Shown here: positions 29,705-39,067 of the stretch, one piece after another
Position numbering within the stretch: position 1 is the first letter of the stretch
Layout of the letters: each line of letters opens with the position of its first letter
From: Spirochaetia bacterium
Lineage (GTDB): Bacteria; Spirochaetota; Spirochaetia; SZUA-6; Bin103
Assembly: GCA_965203055.1 (NCBI GenBank)
Contig: OZ241863.1
Location: forward strand, 1,376,001 to 1,440,000
Length of the DNA stretch: 64,000 nt
Direction: 5' to 3'
Position numbers and translations under genes: made by a program
Notes under the pieces: model-generated
The model's database searches: none
What the model was told of the DNA's origin: nothing
What the model saw: only the letters and a program-made list of their open reading frames with translations

Positions 29705-31273
29705 ATGCGTTCGTTCAACACCGCCGGTCCCGTCAAGTCCGACAAGCACTACTGCATCCCGCCGCTGTCGCGGATCGATCTGGACGAAGTGCTCGGTATG
29801 GTGCGGGAGGAGAAGTACTTCGTGCTGCACGCGCCGCGCCAGACCGGCAAGACCTCGGCGTTGCTGGCGCTGGCCGACTTGCTGAATGAACGCGGCTACC
29901 ACTGCGTGTACGTCACCGTGGAAACCGCCCGCACCGCCCGCGGCGACGTGCAGCAGGCGGTGCAGGTGGTGCTCGCCGCGCTGGCGGAGGCGGCGGACGA
30001 CGCGTTGGACGATCGCTTCCTGGCGGGTGTCCGGGCCGAGATTCTCGCCGATTTCGGGCCGAACATGGCGTTGCGCACCGCTTTGCGGCGCTGGGCGCAG
30101 GCGGCGCCGCGCCCGCTGGTGCTGCTGATCGACGAGATCGATACGCTGGTGGGCGACTCGCTGCTGTCGGTGCTGCAGCAACTCCGCGCCGGCTATCCGG
30201 GCCGCCCGGAGCGCTTCCCGCAGAGCGTCGTGCTGTGCGGCCTGCGCGACGTGCGCGACTACCGCATGGGCGCAACCGGCAGTCCGTTCAACATCGCCGC
30301 GGCGTCGCTGCGGCTGGGCGACTTTTCGCGTGACGAGACGCTGGCCCTGCTTGGCCAGCATACCGAGGCTACCGGCCAGCCGTTCGCGCCGGAGGCGCTG
30401 GAAGCGGTGTGGACGCAGACCTGCGGCCAGCCGTGGCTGGTCAACGCGCTGGCCTACGGCGCCTGCTTCAAGGACAAGACGCTGCGCGACGACCGCTCGC
30501 GCCCGGTCACGGCCGCCGCCATCGCCGCAGTTCGGGAGGATCTCATTGTCAACCGGGTGACCCACCTGGACTACCTGGCCGACAAGCTGCGCGAGGAGCG
30601 CGTGCGGCGGGTGATCGAGCCGATGCTGAGCGGCGGCGCGCGCCGCGCCGTGGCGCGCGATGTCGAGTACGCGCGTGACCTGGGGCTGCTCGCCCGCGAC
30701 AAGTCGGTGCGCATCGCCAACCCGATCTACGCGGAGGTGATACCGCGCGAGCTGGCGTGGGCGGTGCAGGAAGAGTTGACTCAGGAGACGGCGCCGTTCG
30801 TGAAGGCCGACGGCAGCCTTGACGCGGCGCTGCTGCTGTCGGAGTTCCAGAGCTTCTTCCGGCGCCACTCCGAGCACTGGCGCGACCGCTTTGCCTACGC
30901 GGAGGCGTGGCCGCAGTTGCTGCTGCAGGCGTACCTGCAGCGGGTGGTGAACGGGGGCGGGCGGATCGAGCGGGAGTACGCGCTGGGCCGCGGACGGGTC
31001 GACCTGCTGATCGTATGGCCGGTGGGGGAGCGGTCGCTGGCGCAGCGGGTGCAGGAGGTGGTGGTGGAGTGCAAGGTGGTGCGGGAGCGGGACGGGCTGG
31101 AGCGGATCATCGCCGAGGGGGTGGAGCAGACGGCGGGGTACGCGGCGCGCTGCGCGGCGGAGGCGGCGCACCTGGTGGTGATCGACTGCCGGGAGGACCG
31201 CACCTGGGAGGAGAAGATATTCCACCACCGGCGCGCCGCCGCGGCGGCCTCGGTGGAGGTGTGGGGCATGTGA
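29705..31273 (+). CDS. AAA-family ATPase with C-terminal PD-(D/E)xK-like domain
   Basis: FNTAGP start, Walker A APRQTGKT, Walker B LLIDEID; C-terminal REYALGRGRVDLLI...VVECK. Confidence 0.85.
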   Translation: MRSFNTAGPVKSDKHYCIPPLSRIDLDEVLGMVREEKYFVLHAPRQTGKTSALLALADLLNERGYHCVYVTVETARTARGDVQQAVQVVLAALAEAADDALDDRFLAGVRAEILADFGPNMALRTALRRWAQAAPRPLVLLIDEIDTLVGDSLLSVLQQLRAGYPGRPERFPQSVVLCGLRDVRDYRMGATGSPFNIAAASLRLGDFSRDETLALLGQHTEATGQPFAPEALEAVWTQTCGQPWLVNALAYGACFKDKTLRDDRSRPVTAAAIAAVREDLIVNRVTHLDYLADKLREERVRRVIEPMLSGGARRAVARDVEYARDLGLLARDKSVRIANPIYAEVIPRELAWAVQEELTQETAPFVKADGSLDAALLLSEFQSFFRRHSEHWRDRFAYAEAWPQLLLQAYLQRVVNGGGRIEREYALGRGRVDLLIVWPVGERSLAQRVQEVVVECKVVRERDGLERIIAEGVEQTAGYAARCAAEAAHLVVIDCREDRTWEEKIFHHRRAAAAASVEVWGM

Positions 31274-31337
31274 CGAGGGCGGCGCGGCTCTTGCTCGGCG
31301 TTGCTCGGCGCGCCCATGGGTGTGTAGATTCAGGTAG

Positions 31338-32837
31338 ATGATGAACTCGGCAGGCTTGGGCGCCGCGGCGGTACGCCGGCGCGTGATCCTCGGTTTGGCG
31401 GCCGCGTCGCTGCTGCTCACCGGCGCGCCGCAGCCGGCGCTGGCGGAGGCCGCCGCGGTCCTGCGGCACGGCGCGGCGGTCAGCGAGAGCAACGCGCTCG
31501 TCGCCGAGGTGCAGGTAGCGCTGGCGCGCGCGGCGCGGGTGTTCGTCGAGTACGACAACCCCCAGGCCGGCCGCTACCGCACGGCAATGACCGAGCTTGG
31601 CGCCGAGCACGCGATCCCGATCGTCCGGCTGCGCGCCGAGACCACCTACGACTACACGATCTTCGTGCTGGACGGCGAGGAGGCGGTCGCCGGGCCGGAG
31701 GGCCGCTTCACCACCGGACCGCTGCCGCCGCCGCTCGCCGCGGTAACCAGGCGCGTGACCGGCCGCAGCTCGCAGCCCCTCATCATGTCCAACTACCGCC
31801 GCAGCGGCGGACCCGGATTCTTCTCCATCTGGGACGAAGTGGGCGCCACCGTCTGGTACCATGACCAGGCGCCCCAGACCGGGCCGATCAAGCCGCTACC
31901 CGGCGGCAACTTCATCCTTCTGACGCGCGGCGCCATCGTCGAGATCACTCCGCCGGGCGAGGTAGTCAACCGCATCGAGCGCGGCCGCCGCTCGGGGAAT
32001 CCACACCACGATCTCACCGTTCTCGCCGACGGACGCGTGATCTATCCGGGCCGCGAAATCCTGGTCTTCGATGACTCGGCGAACGGCGGCTCCGCGGAGA
32101 CCACCTTCATGGTCGACAACGTGCGCATCTGGGACCCGGCGAGCGGACGCATCCGTCAGGTCTGGGACTCCAAGGAGGCATGGGACGTTCTGGACCCGGA
32201 CCAGCGCGTGCCGGCCCCCCCGCGCGACGACGGCCGCTTCAGTTGGACGCATCTCAACTCGATAACCGTCGGCCCGCGGGGCAACTACGTGCTCTCGTTC
32301 CGCGGGCGGCATCAGGTGGTTTCCCTCAGCTCCGACTTGCAGACGATCGAGTGGCAACTGCACGGGCCGGACAGCGATTACGAGTTCCCGAACCCGGCCG
32401 ACCGGTTCTACGCGCAGCACTCGGCGTCGCAGCTCGGCAACGGCAACGTCGTGGTGTTCGACAACGGCCGGGGGCGGCCCGACTCCGAAGGCGGCCACTA
32501 CTCGCGCGCGCTGGAGCTGCGCCTGGACGAGGCGGCCGGCACCGCGGTGAAGGTATGGGAATACCGGCTGGAGCCGGACAGGTACTCCGCGAGAGGCGGC
32601 AGCGCGTACCGGCTGAGCAACGGCAATACGTTGGTCAACTTCTCCACCACCGCACTCGAAGGCGTTCCGCTGACCGTCGTGGAGGCGGCCGCCGACGGCA
32701 GCGAAGTGTTCCGCATCGACACCCTGCATACGGATGGAGCGAGTCCGGCCGACCGCTCGCGCGGCCGCGCCTTCGGCCTCGAGGCGATCATGGGCGAAAC
32801 CATGCTGCGCCCGCCCGCCGCTCCGCCCGCTAACTGA
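31338..32837 (+). CDS. Aryl-sulfate sulfotransferase (ASST family), secreted
   Basis: Signal peptide; PHHDL, WTHLNSI, LSFRGRH, FYAQHSA, VFDNG, SRALE, RLSNGNTL. Confidence 0.85.
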   Translation: MMNSAGLGAAAVRRRVILGLAAASLLLTGAPQPALAEAAAVLRHGAAVSESNALVAEVQVALARAARVFVEYDNPQAGRYRTAMTELGAEHAIPIVRLRAETTYDYTIFVLDGEEAVAGPEGRFTTGPLPPPLAAVTRRVTGRSSQPLIMSNYRRSGGPGFFSIWDEVGATVWYHDQAPQTGPIKPLPGGNFILLTRGAIVEITPPGEVVNRIERGRRSGNPHHDLTVLADGRVIYPGREILVFDDSANGGSAETTFMVDNVRIWDPASGRIRQVWDSKEAWDVLDPDQRVPAPPRDDGRFSWTHLNSITVGPRGNYVLSFRGRHQVVSLSSDLQTIEWQLHGPDSDYEFPNPADRFYAQHSASQLGNGNVVVFDNGRGRPDSEGGHYSRALELRLDEAAGTAVKVWEYRLEPDRYSARGGSAYRLSNGNTLVNFSTTALEGVPLTVVEAAADGSEVFRIDTLHTDGASPADRSRGRAFGLEAIMGETMLRPPAAPPAN

Positions 32838-34245
32838 CGCCGAGACCGCCCCAGCGCTCCGGGCTGGCGAAGCTCTGGCCGACGTCGAGGAACCCGCGCG
32901 GCCCGCGGCGGCCGTAGGAAAACGGGTCGCGGGTGGCGCTCATCCAGCGCTGCAGGCGCTCTTCCATCTCTTCCACGACCGGGCGCGCCTCCACCGATTG
33001 GGCCAGATTGGTCATCTCCCAGGGGTCCTCGCTGCGGTCGAACAGCCACGGGCCGCGTTCGTTGGCGAACCAGCGCGCGTAGCTGTAGCGGGCGGTGCGC
33101 ACGCCGCGCCAGCGGCCCACCCAGCCGTCGCGGTTGGGCCAGCCGTGAGCCATGTTCTGGAGATAGACCGACTGCGCGGCGCCGGGCGTGTCGGGGCGGT
33201 CGGCCGGGACCGCGCCGCCGCGCCATACCGCTGACAGATCGCGGCCTTGCAGGCCCTCCGGCAAGGCCGCGCCGCAGGCCCCCAGCAGGCTCGGCATCAG
33301 GTCGATGGCGCCGATGAAGGCGCCGCTACGGCTGCCCGGCGCCACCACGCCGGGCCAGCGGATCACGAACGGCACGTGGATCGACTCTTCGTAGGGAGTG
33401 GCCTTGGAGGCGCGCAGGGAGTGGTGCATCCAGGTGTCGAAGGGCTTGGTATAGCCGTGCGACGAGAGGTGGTCGCCGTGGTCCGAGGTGTAGCAGACGA
33501 TGGTGTCGCCGTCGGCGCCGAGCCGCTCCAGAGCGGCCAGCAGGCGCCCCATCTCGGCATCCAGGCCGCTGCAGCAGCCGTAGTAGTCGGCGATCTCGCG
33601 GCGCGCGAAGTCGGCCATCTGCGGCGGCACGTTGGCGGGCAGATCGACCGCGGCCGGGTCGTAGACGGCGTACTCGCGCGGATACTGGTCGTACGGCCAA
33701 TGCGGCGGACACCACGATACGAACAGGGCGAACGGATCGCCGGGGCGCGTCTCCCGATGGCGCTCCATGAAGCGGATGGCCAGATCGGTCTCGCCGGTGG
33801 GCGCCCAGGCGGGGTGGGTGTGCGGTCCGCTCTCGTTCTCGTAGTAGGTGGAGCCGTAGTAGTTGCCCGGTATGTTGTTGGCCGCCAGGTAGTCGAGCCC
33901 GTAGCGGCGCTCCGCGGGAAACGGGCCGTGGCCGAGGTGCCACTTGCCGACGTGGGCGGTGGCGTAGCCGTGCGCGCGCAGGGTGCCGGGCAGGGTCGGG
34001 AGGTCGGTGCGCAGCCGGTACTCGTTATCGATCACCCCGTTCTGCCATGCGTACCGTCCCGACGCCAGGATCGCCCGGTAGGGGGAGCACAGCGGGTGAT
34101 TGGAAAACACGCCGTCGCACACCATGCCGGCGCCGGCCATGGCGTCCAGATGGGGCGTCCGCACGATGTCGTTGCCGTTGGCGCCGAGGGCGCCGTAGCG
34201 CTGCTGATCGCTGAATACGAACAAGAGATTGGGAGAACGTGCCAT
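32830..34245 (-). CDS. Cys-type sulfatase
   Basis: PNLLFVFSDQQR, CSPYR (CxPxR), GKWHLG, PPHWPY, SDHG. Confidence 0.92.
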   Translation of the reverse strand: MARSPNLLFVFSDQQRYGALGANGNDIVRTPHLDAMAGAGMVCDGVFSNHPLCSPYRAILASGRYAWQNGVIDNEYRLRTDLPTLPGTLRAHGYATAHVGKWHLGHGPFPAERRYGLDYLAANNIPGNYYGSTYYENESGPHTHPAWAPTGETDLAIRFMERHRETRPGDPFALFVSWCPPHWPYDQYPREYAVYDPAAVDLPANVPPQMADFARREIADYYGCCSGLDAEMGRLLAALERLGADGDTIVCYTSDHGDHLSSHGYTKPFDTWMHHSLRASKATPYEESIHVPFVIRWPGVVAPGSRSGAFIGAIDLMPSLLGACGAALPEGLQGRDLSAVWRGGAVPADRPDTPGAAQSVYLQNMAHGWPNRDGWVGRWRGVRTARYSYARWFANERGPWLFDRSEDPWEMTNLAQSVEARPVVEEMEERLQRWMSATRDPFSYGRRGPRGFLDVGQSFASPERWGGLGVS

Positions 34246-34317
34246 ATGCTTGGATCCCAGCTTACCAGCGCAGCGCGCCCGCGGCCAGTGCGCGGGCGCG
34301 CTGCCGCTGCGCGGCAA

Positions 34318-36306
34318 TCAGGAACCGGCGGGCGGCTGCCGCTCTGCGGTCGGCCGCCGCTCTGCGGTCGGGGCCGCTGCGAGGCGGCGTTCGTTACCTG
34401 TCCGGAGGGTAACGCCGGCGCGGTCGAGCTGTTCCAGCAGCGGCACGATGACGCGCCGGTTGGTGCCGACCGCGGTGCGCAGGGCGCTGGTGGTGCCGCG
34501 CCGGTGGCGGCGCAAGTAGTCGACTACCGCGGCGCGCGCCTGCCGGTAGACGCCGGCCGCCAGCACGACGTCGCTGCTCAGCGCCACCACTTCGCCGTTG
34601 CTGAGGAGGTACTCCAGCACGGTGCGGCCCTCGCGTTCGGCAGTGAGCTGGCCGCGGCCGGGCGGCGCCAGCGGGTTGGCGGCCAGGGCCGCGCGGAGGG
34701 ACGCGGCGGCGCGCTCCAGGCCGGCCGGCAGCGCCGCGGCGTGTCCCGGTGGACGGATGGCGGAGCCGGTCCGCTGATAGCCGCGCCGCTGCAGCGCGGC
34801 GAGCACCGCGTTCAGCACCGCGCCCCCGGTGCCGGAGTCGCCGCCGGCCGGCGCCGCGCGGAGGCTGGCGATCGGCGCGCCGGCGCGTTGCGGATGGCGC
34901 TGCAGCTCGGCGGCGATCGCCTGCGCCGCGGCGTCCACCTGGCGCGCGAACCAGGCGGCATCGACCGCGACGGCGCCGAACACCTGCAGCGCTCCTTCCC
35001 GGGCGAGCGCGCCGGCGGCCTGCCGCAACTCCTGTTCGGTTGCCGGGTGGAGGCGTCCGACGGCGGTCAGATCGACCGCGCCGGCGGCCGCGGCGCGCGC
35101 CCGGAGGACGGTGTCGATACGGTGCGGCGCGCGCGCCACCGCGTTCAGGAGGCTGCGCTGGGCGGCGTGGCGCAAGGGTATCCGGGGCGCCGGATCGAGA
35201 ACCACCCCGCCGGCAAGGGTGAACCGCTGCGACCAGTCGCGCAGCACCACCCGGTCGCCGATCAGGAACGGGCGCTGCTCGTCCAGTTGGACGCGCGCCA
35301 GGGCGTCGGCGCCGGCCGCCAGGCCGGACTTCGCGCGCGCCGGCTCCAGGCGCACCGCGGCGGCCAGGTTGGCGGTGCCATGGTGCAGCCGCACGCGCGC
35401 GCCGTCCCGCAGCAGGGGAGTGGGACGGTTCCCGGCGCCGCGGGCGCTGCGGGTGAGCCGCAGGTCGCAGCGCGTGCCGCCGCCCGCCGCCTGCGGGATG
35501 GTCACCACGTCGCCGCGGCGGATCGCGCGCCCGCCGCGCGCGGAGCGGGCCGGCGCCAGATTCAGCGCTACCCGCGTCGCCGGGCCCACGCGGTCGGCGG
35601 AACGATTGAAGCTCTCCACGCCGCGGATGCGGGCGCGGTCGCCGCCCGGCCACAGCGCCACTTCCTGGCCGCGCCGCAGCGCTCCGCCGGACAGCGTGCC
35701 GGTGACCACGATCCCGGCGCCGGCAATGGTAAAGGCGCGGTCGACCGCCAGCCGCGGGGTGCCGGCTGCGGCCGGCGGGAGCGGCGCCAACTGCGCCGTC
35801 ATCTCCCGGCGCAACTCCTCCAGTCCGCGGTTGCCCGCCGCCGACACCGGAACGATGGGGCAGTCGGCAAACCCGCTGCCGGCGGCCATTCGCCGTATCT
35901 CCTCGATGCGCGGCCCGGGATCGGGGAGCAGGTCCGCCTTGGTGAGCGCCACGACCCGGGCGCGGGCGCCCAGATACTCCACGATCTGCAGGTGTTCCTC
36001 GGTCTGCGGCATCCAGCCCTCGTTGGCTGCCACTGCCAGAATGGCCAGATCCACGGCGCCCACGCCGGCCACCATGTTCTTGACGAAGTCCTCGTGGCCG
36101 GGCACGTCGACGATGCCCACCCGCAGACTGAGGTCCTGCCCCGGCACCGGCAGGTTCAGGTGGGCGAAGCCGAGCTCGATGGTGATCCCGCGGCGCTTCT
36201 CCTCCGCCAGGCGGTCCGGGTCGACGCCGGTCAGCGCCTGTACCAGCGCGCTCTTGCCGTGATCGACGTGGCCCGCGGTGGCGGCGATGTAGTGGCGGAC
36301 CTTCAT
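34318..36306 (-). CDS. selB: Selenocysteine-specific elongation factor
   Basis: ATAGHVDHGKS, EEKRRGITIELGFA, DVPGHEDFVKNM; C-terminal winged helix GTNRRVIVPLLEQLD. Confidence 0.95.
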   Translation of the reverse strand: MKVRHYIAATAGHVDHGKSALVQALTGVDPDRLAEEKRRGITIELGFAHLNLPVPGQDLSLRVGIVDVPGHEDFVKNMVAGVGAVDLAILAVAANEGWMPQTEEHLQIVEYLGARARVVALTKADLLPDPGPRIEEIRRMAAGSGFADCPIVPVSAAGNRGLEELRREMTAQLAPLPPAAAGTPRLAVDRAFTIAGAGIVVTGTLSGGALRRGQEVALWPGGDRARIRGVESFNRSADRVGPATRVALNLAPARSARGGRAIRRGDVVTIPQAAGGGTRCDLRLTRSARGAGNRPTPLLRDGARVRLHHGTANLAAAVRLEPARAKSGLAAGADALARVQLDEQRPFLIGDRVVLRDWSQRFTLAGGVVLDPAPRIPLRHAAQRSLLNAVARAPHRIDTVLRARAAAAGAVDLTAVGRLHPATEQELRQAAGALAREGALQVFGAVAVDAAWFARQVDAAAQAIAAELQRHPQRAGAPIASLRAAPAGGDSGTGGAVLNAVLAALQRRGYQRTGSAIRPPGHAAALPAGLERAAASLRAALAANPLAPPGRGQLTAEREGRTVLEYLLSNGEVVALSSDVVLAAGVYRQARAAVVDYLRRHRRGTTSALRTAVGTNRRVIVPLLEQLDRAGVTLRTGNERRLAAAPTAERRPTAERQPPAGS

Positions 36307-37715
36307 TCCGGTGTCGGCCTCGCGGCCGCCGGCAGCGCATCCGCGGCCTGGCCGAGGGCGCGCGCGAGAACCTCGTCCTGGGACGCCAGTACCGTGCGCA
36401 GATCGAGCCGCACCTGGTCGCGGCGAAGGTAGCCGGCCACCGGCGGAGTCGCGCGCCGCAGCGCCGCGGCCAGCGCCGCGGCGCCGCGCGGCGGTGCGGG
36501 GCGCAAGGCGATGCCGGCCGACGGCAGCGTGCCGGTAGGCAGGGTGCCGCCGCCGAGGCGGCTGGCGCAGGCGATCGGAACCGCCCGCAGCGCCGCCGGC
36601 AGCCGCGGGATCATGGCCGCCGCGCGGCGCTGCAAGTCGCTCACCGGGACCCGCATCAGCTCCTGCAGCGGCACCGGCGGCGCGTCTCCAAGATGCGCCT
36701 CCAACGTCTGCTGAAGCAGCGCCAGCGCGACCTTGTCGAGGCGCAGCGCGCGAAACAGCGGATGGCGCTTCAGGCGCGCGATCCATGCCGCGTCGCCCGC
36801 CACCACGCCGGCCTGCGGGCCGCCGAACAGCTTGTCGCCGCTGAAGCACACCAGGGTCGCGCCTCCCGCCAGCACCTCCTGCGGCAGCGGCTCGCGCGGC
36901 AGGCCGGTGCCGGCGTCGGTCGGCGTGACCGCTCCGCTGCCGAGGTCCACTACCAGCGGCACGCCGGCGCCTGCCGCGGTATCCCGCAGCTCGGCCAGCC
37001 GCGGCGCGGCGACGAACCCGCGCATCACGAAGTTGCTGCGATGGACCGACAACAGCGCCGCGGTGTGGGCGCCGCAGGCCGCGGCGTAGTCCGCCGCGGT
37101 GGTCTGGTTGGTGGTTCCGACCTCGCGCAGTTCGGCGCCGGCGGCGGTGAGAAGGTCGGGGATGCGGAACCCGCCGCCGATCTGGATCAGCTCACCGCGC
37201 GACACCACCACTTCGCTGCGCTGCGGAGCGGCGCGCACAGCCGCAACGACCAGCAGCAGCGCGGCGGCGCAGTTGTTCACCACGGTGGCCGCCGGCGCCC
37301 GGCACAGGGCCGCCAGCGCCTGCTCCACGTAGTGACCGCGGCTGCCGCGCGCGCCGGTCACGAGGTCCAGCTCCAGATTGGTGTAGGCGCCGGCCACCTG
37401 CGCCAGCGTAGCGAGCGCCGCGCCGAGCGGCGCGCGCCCGAGGTTGGTGTGCAGCAGTACCCCGGTGGCGTTGATCACCGGCCGCAGCCGCGCCGCCGCG
37501 AGCCGTTCGGCGGCCGCGCGCACGCGCGCGGCAATCGCCGTCCGCGCCGGGACCGGCGCGGACGCCCGCACCGCGTCCAGCTCGCGGCGTACGAGATCCG
37601 CGCCCAGCAGATGCGGCAGCCGCAGGTCGGCGAGCCCGTCGAGCAACTGGTTGACCGGCGGGATTGTCGCCTGCGGGTTGGCCGCGGCGCGCTGACTGCC
37701 CGGCCGCAGGCTCAT
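36303..37715 (-). CDS. selA: L-seryl-tRNA(Sec) selenium transferase
   Basis: VINATGVLLHTNLGRAPL, VVSRGELIQIGGGFRIPD, FSGDKLFGGPQAG. Start ATG 37715. Confidence 0.95.
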   Translation of the reverse strand: MSLRPGSQRAAANPQATIPPVNQLLDGLADLRLPHLLGADLVRRELDAVRASAPVPARTAIAARVRAAAERLAAARLRPVINATGVLLHTNLGRAPLGAALATLAQVAGAYTNLELDLVTGARGSRGHYVEQALAALCRAPAATVVNNCAAALLLVVAAVRAAPQRSEVVVSRGELIQIGGGFRIPDLLTAAGAELREVGTTNQTTAADYAAACGAHTAALLSVHRSNFVMRGFVAAPRLAELRDTAAGAGVPLVVDLGSGAVTPTDAGTGLPREPLPQEVLAGGATLVCFSGDKLFGGPQAGVVAGDAAWIARLKRHPLFRALRLDKVALALLQQTLEAHLGDAPPVPLQELMRVPVSDLQRRAAAMIPRLPAALRAVPIACASRLGGGTLPTGTLPSAGIALRPAPPRGAAALAAALRRATPPVAGYLRRDQVRLDLRTVLASQDEVLARALGQAADALPAAARPTPE

Positions 37716-38764
37716 GGCCCGGCCCGCACTACGACCGGCGTGGTCCGGGCGCGGGTCACGCGTCCCACGACCGCGGCCAGCGCCCCGTGCGCGGCCAGCA
37801 CCCGGCGCACCGCATCCAGCAGGGGCGCGGCAGCGCAGAGCAGGAGCCCGCCGCTGGTCTGGGCATCGGCGAACAGCACGCGGCTGGCCTCCGGGCACGT
37901 CCCCCAGTCCACCACCGCGGCCGCGGCCGCCAGATTGTCGGCGCTGCCGCCGGGAACGCAGCCGTCCGCGATCAGGCCGGGCAGCGCGGCGTCGATGGTT
38001 GGCACGCGGTCGTACCACAACTCCGCGCCGCAGCGGCTGGACGCGCACAGGTCGGCGAGATGGCCGGTAAGGCCGAAGCCGGTGACGTCGGTGCCCGCGG
38101 TTACGCCCGCGGCCGCCAACTCGGGACCCGCGCTATTGAGACGAACCATGGAACGGACCGCCCGTTCCACCGCCGCCGCGCCGGCGCGGCCCTGCTTCAG
38201 GGCCGTGGTGACGATCCCGGTACCCAGCGGCTTGGTGAGCACGAGGTAGTCTCCCGCCCGCGCCGCCGCCTTGGTCAGCAGGCGCTCCGGCCGCACCAAC
38301 CCGGTGACGGCCAGGCCGTACACCGGTTCGGGGTTGCGCACCGTGTGCCCGCCGATGGTGACCGCGCCGGCCGCATGCACCGCATCGGCGCCGCCGCGCA
38401 GGATCTCCGCCGCCACCGCCGCCGGCACCTTCTGCGGCGGGTAGCCGAGGATGTTGAGGGCAGTCAACGGACGGCCCCCCATGGCGTACACGTCGGAGAG
38501 GGCATTGGCGGCGGCGATGCGGCCATAGGTATAGCCGTCGTCGACTATCGGCGTGAAGAAGTCCACGGTCTGCACCAGGGCGCGGTCGGCGTCCAGCCGG
38601 TAGACGCCGGCATCGTCGCCGGCCGCGGAGCTCACGATGACGTTGGGATGATCGAACGCCGGAAGCTGGCCCAGGACCTGCGCCAGTGCCTGCTGGCTGA
38701 GCTTGGACGCTCACCCGGCGCAGGAGGACAACGCCGTGAGTTGGAAGATATCCTCGCGAGTCAA
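37712..38764 (-). CDS. selD: Selenide, water dikinase; selenoprotein form (UGA = Sec18)
   Basis: From TTG 38764 (RBS AGGAGGTG): MTREDIFQLTALSSCAG-U-ASKLSQQAL...DDAGVY...QTVDFFTPIVDD...DVTGFGL...QTSGGLL. In-frame TGA at 38713-38711. Confidence 0.93.
38682..38697 (-). promoter_or_regulatory. Putative bacterial SECIS hairpin of selD
   Basis: GCCAG-CAGGCA-CTGGC stem-loop starting 13 nt after the UGA. Confidence 0.55.
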
Positions 38765-38794
38765 GCTCGATCACCTCCTGGGCCATGGGATATG

Positions 38795-38890
38795 CGGAGA
38801 GGGTAGGAATCGAACCCACCTCGCCCTGCACCGGCAGGGTCGACAACGGTTTTGAAGACCGCGGGGACCACCAGGCACCCATCACTCTCC
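38795..38890 (-). tRNA. selC: tRNA-Sec (anticodon UCA)
   Basis: GGAGAGTG 8-bp acceptor stem (one mismatch), anticodon arm GCGGT-CTTCAAA-ACCGT, long variable arm, T arm GTGGG-TTCGATT-CCTAC, discriminator G; CCA not encoded. Confidence 0.95.
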
Positions 38891-39067
38891 CGCACGCGGA
38901 GCGCCGCTCCGCGCGGACAAGAGTATCTCAACCAGCCAAGCGCGCATACCGCCGCCGCGCCTGCGGACCGCCGCGCCTGCCGGCAGGTCGGGACGCCGCG
39001 GCGGCGACCGGATTTGCCGTTCATTCTTCGGTGGTCAACCGGTCGGCCACCGGATTACGGTTCGCGC

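Noticed and set aside
33247..36432. 1,061 aa plus-strand ORF, and similar long ORFs at 96-1256, 10418-12820, 24439-26211, 26660-29293 and 29288-31558
   Set aside because: Each overlaps a motif-supported gene on the opposite strand and has no recognisable motifs.
38133..38885. ORF spanning tRNA-Sec, and selD start at 38635 as given in the track
   Set aside because: The ORF overlaps selC in the wrong frame; true selD extends through the UGA to TTG 38764.
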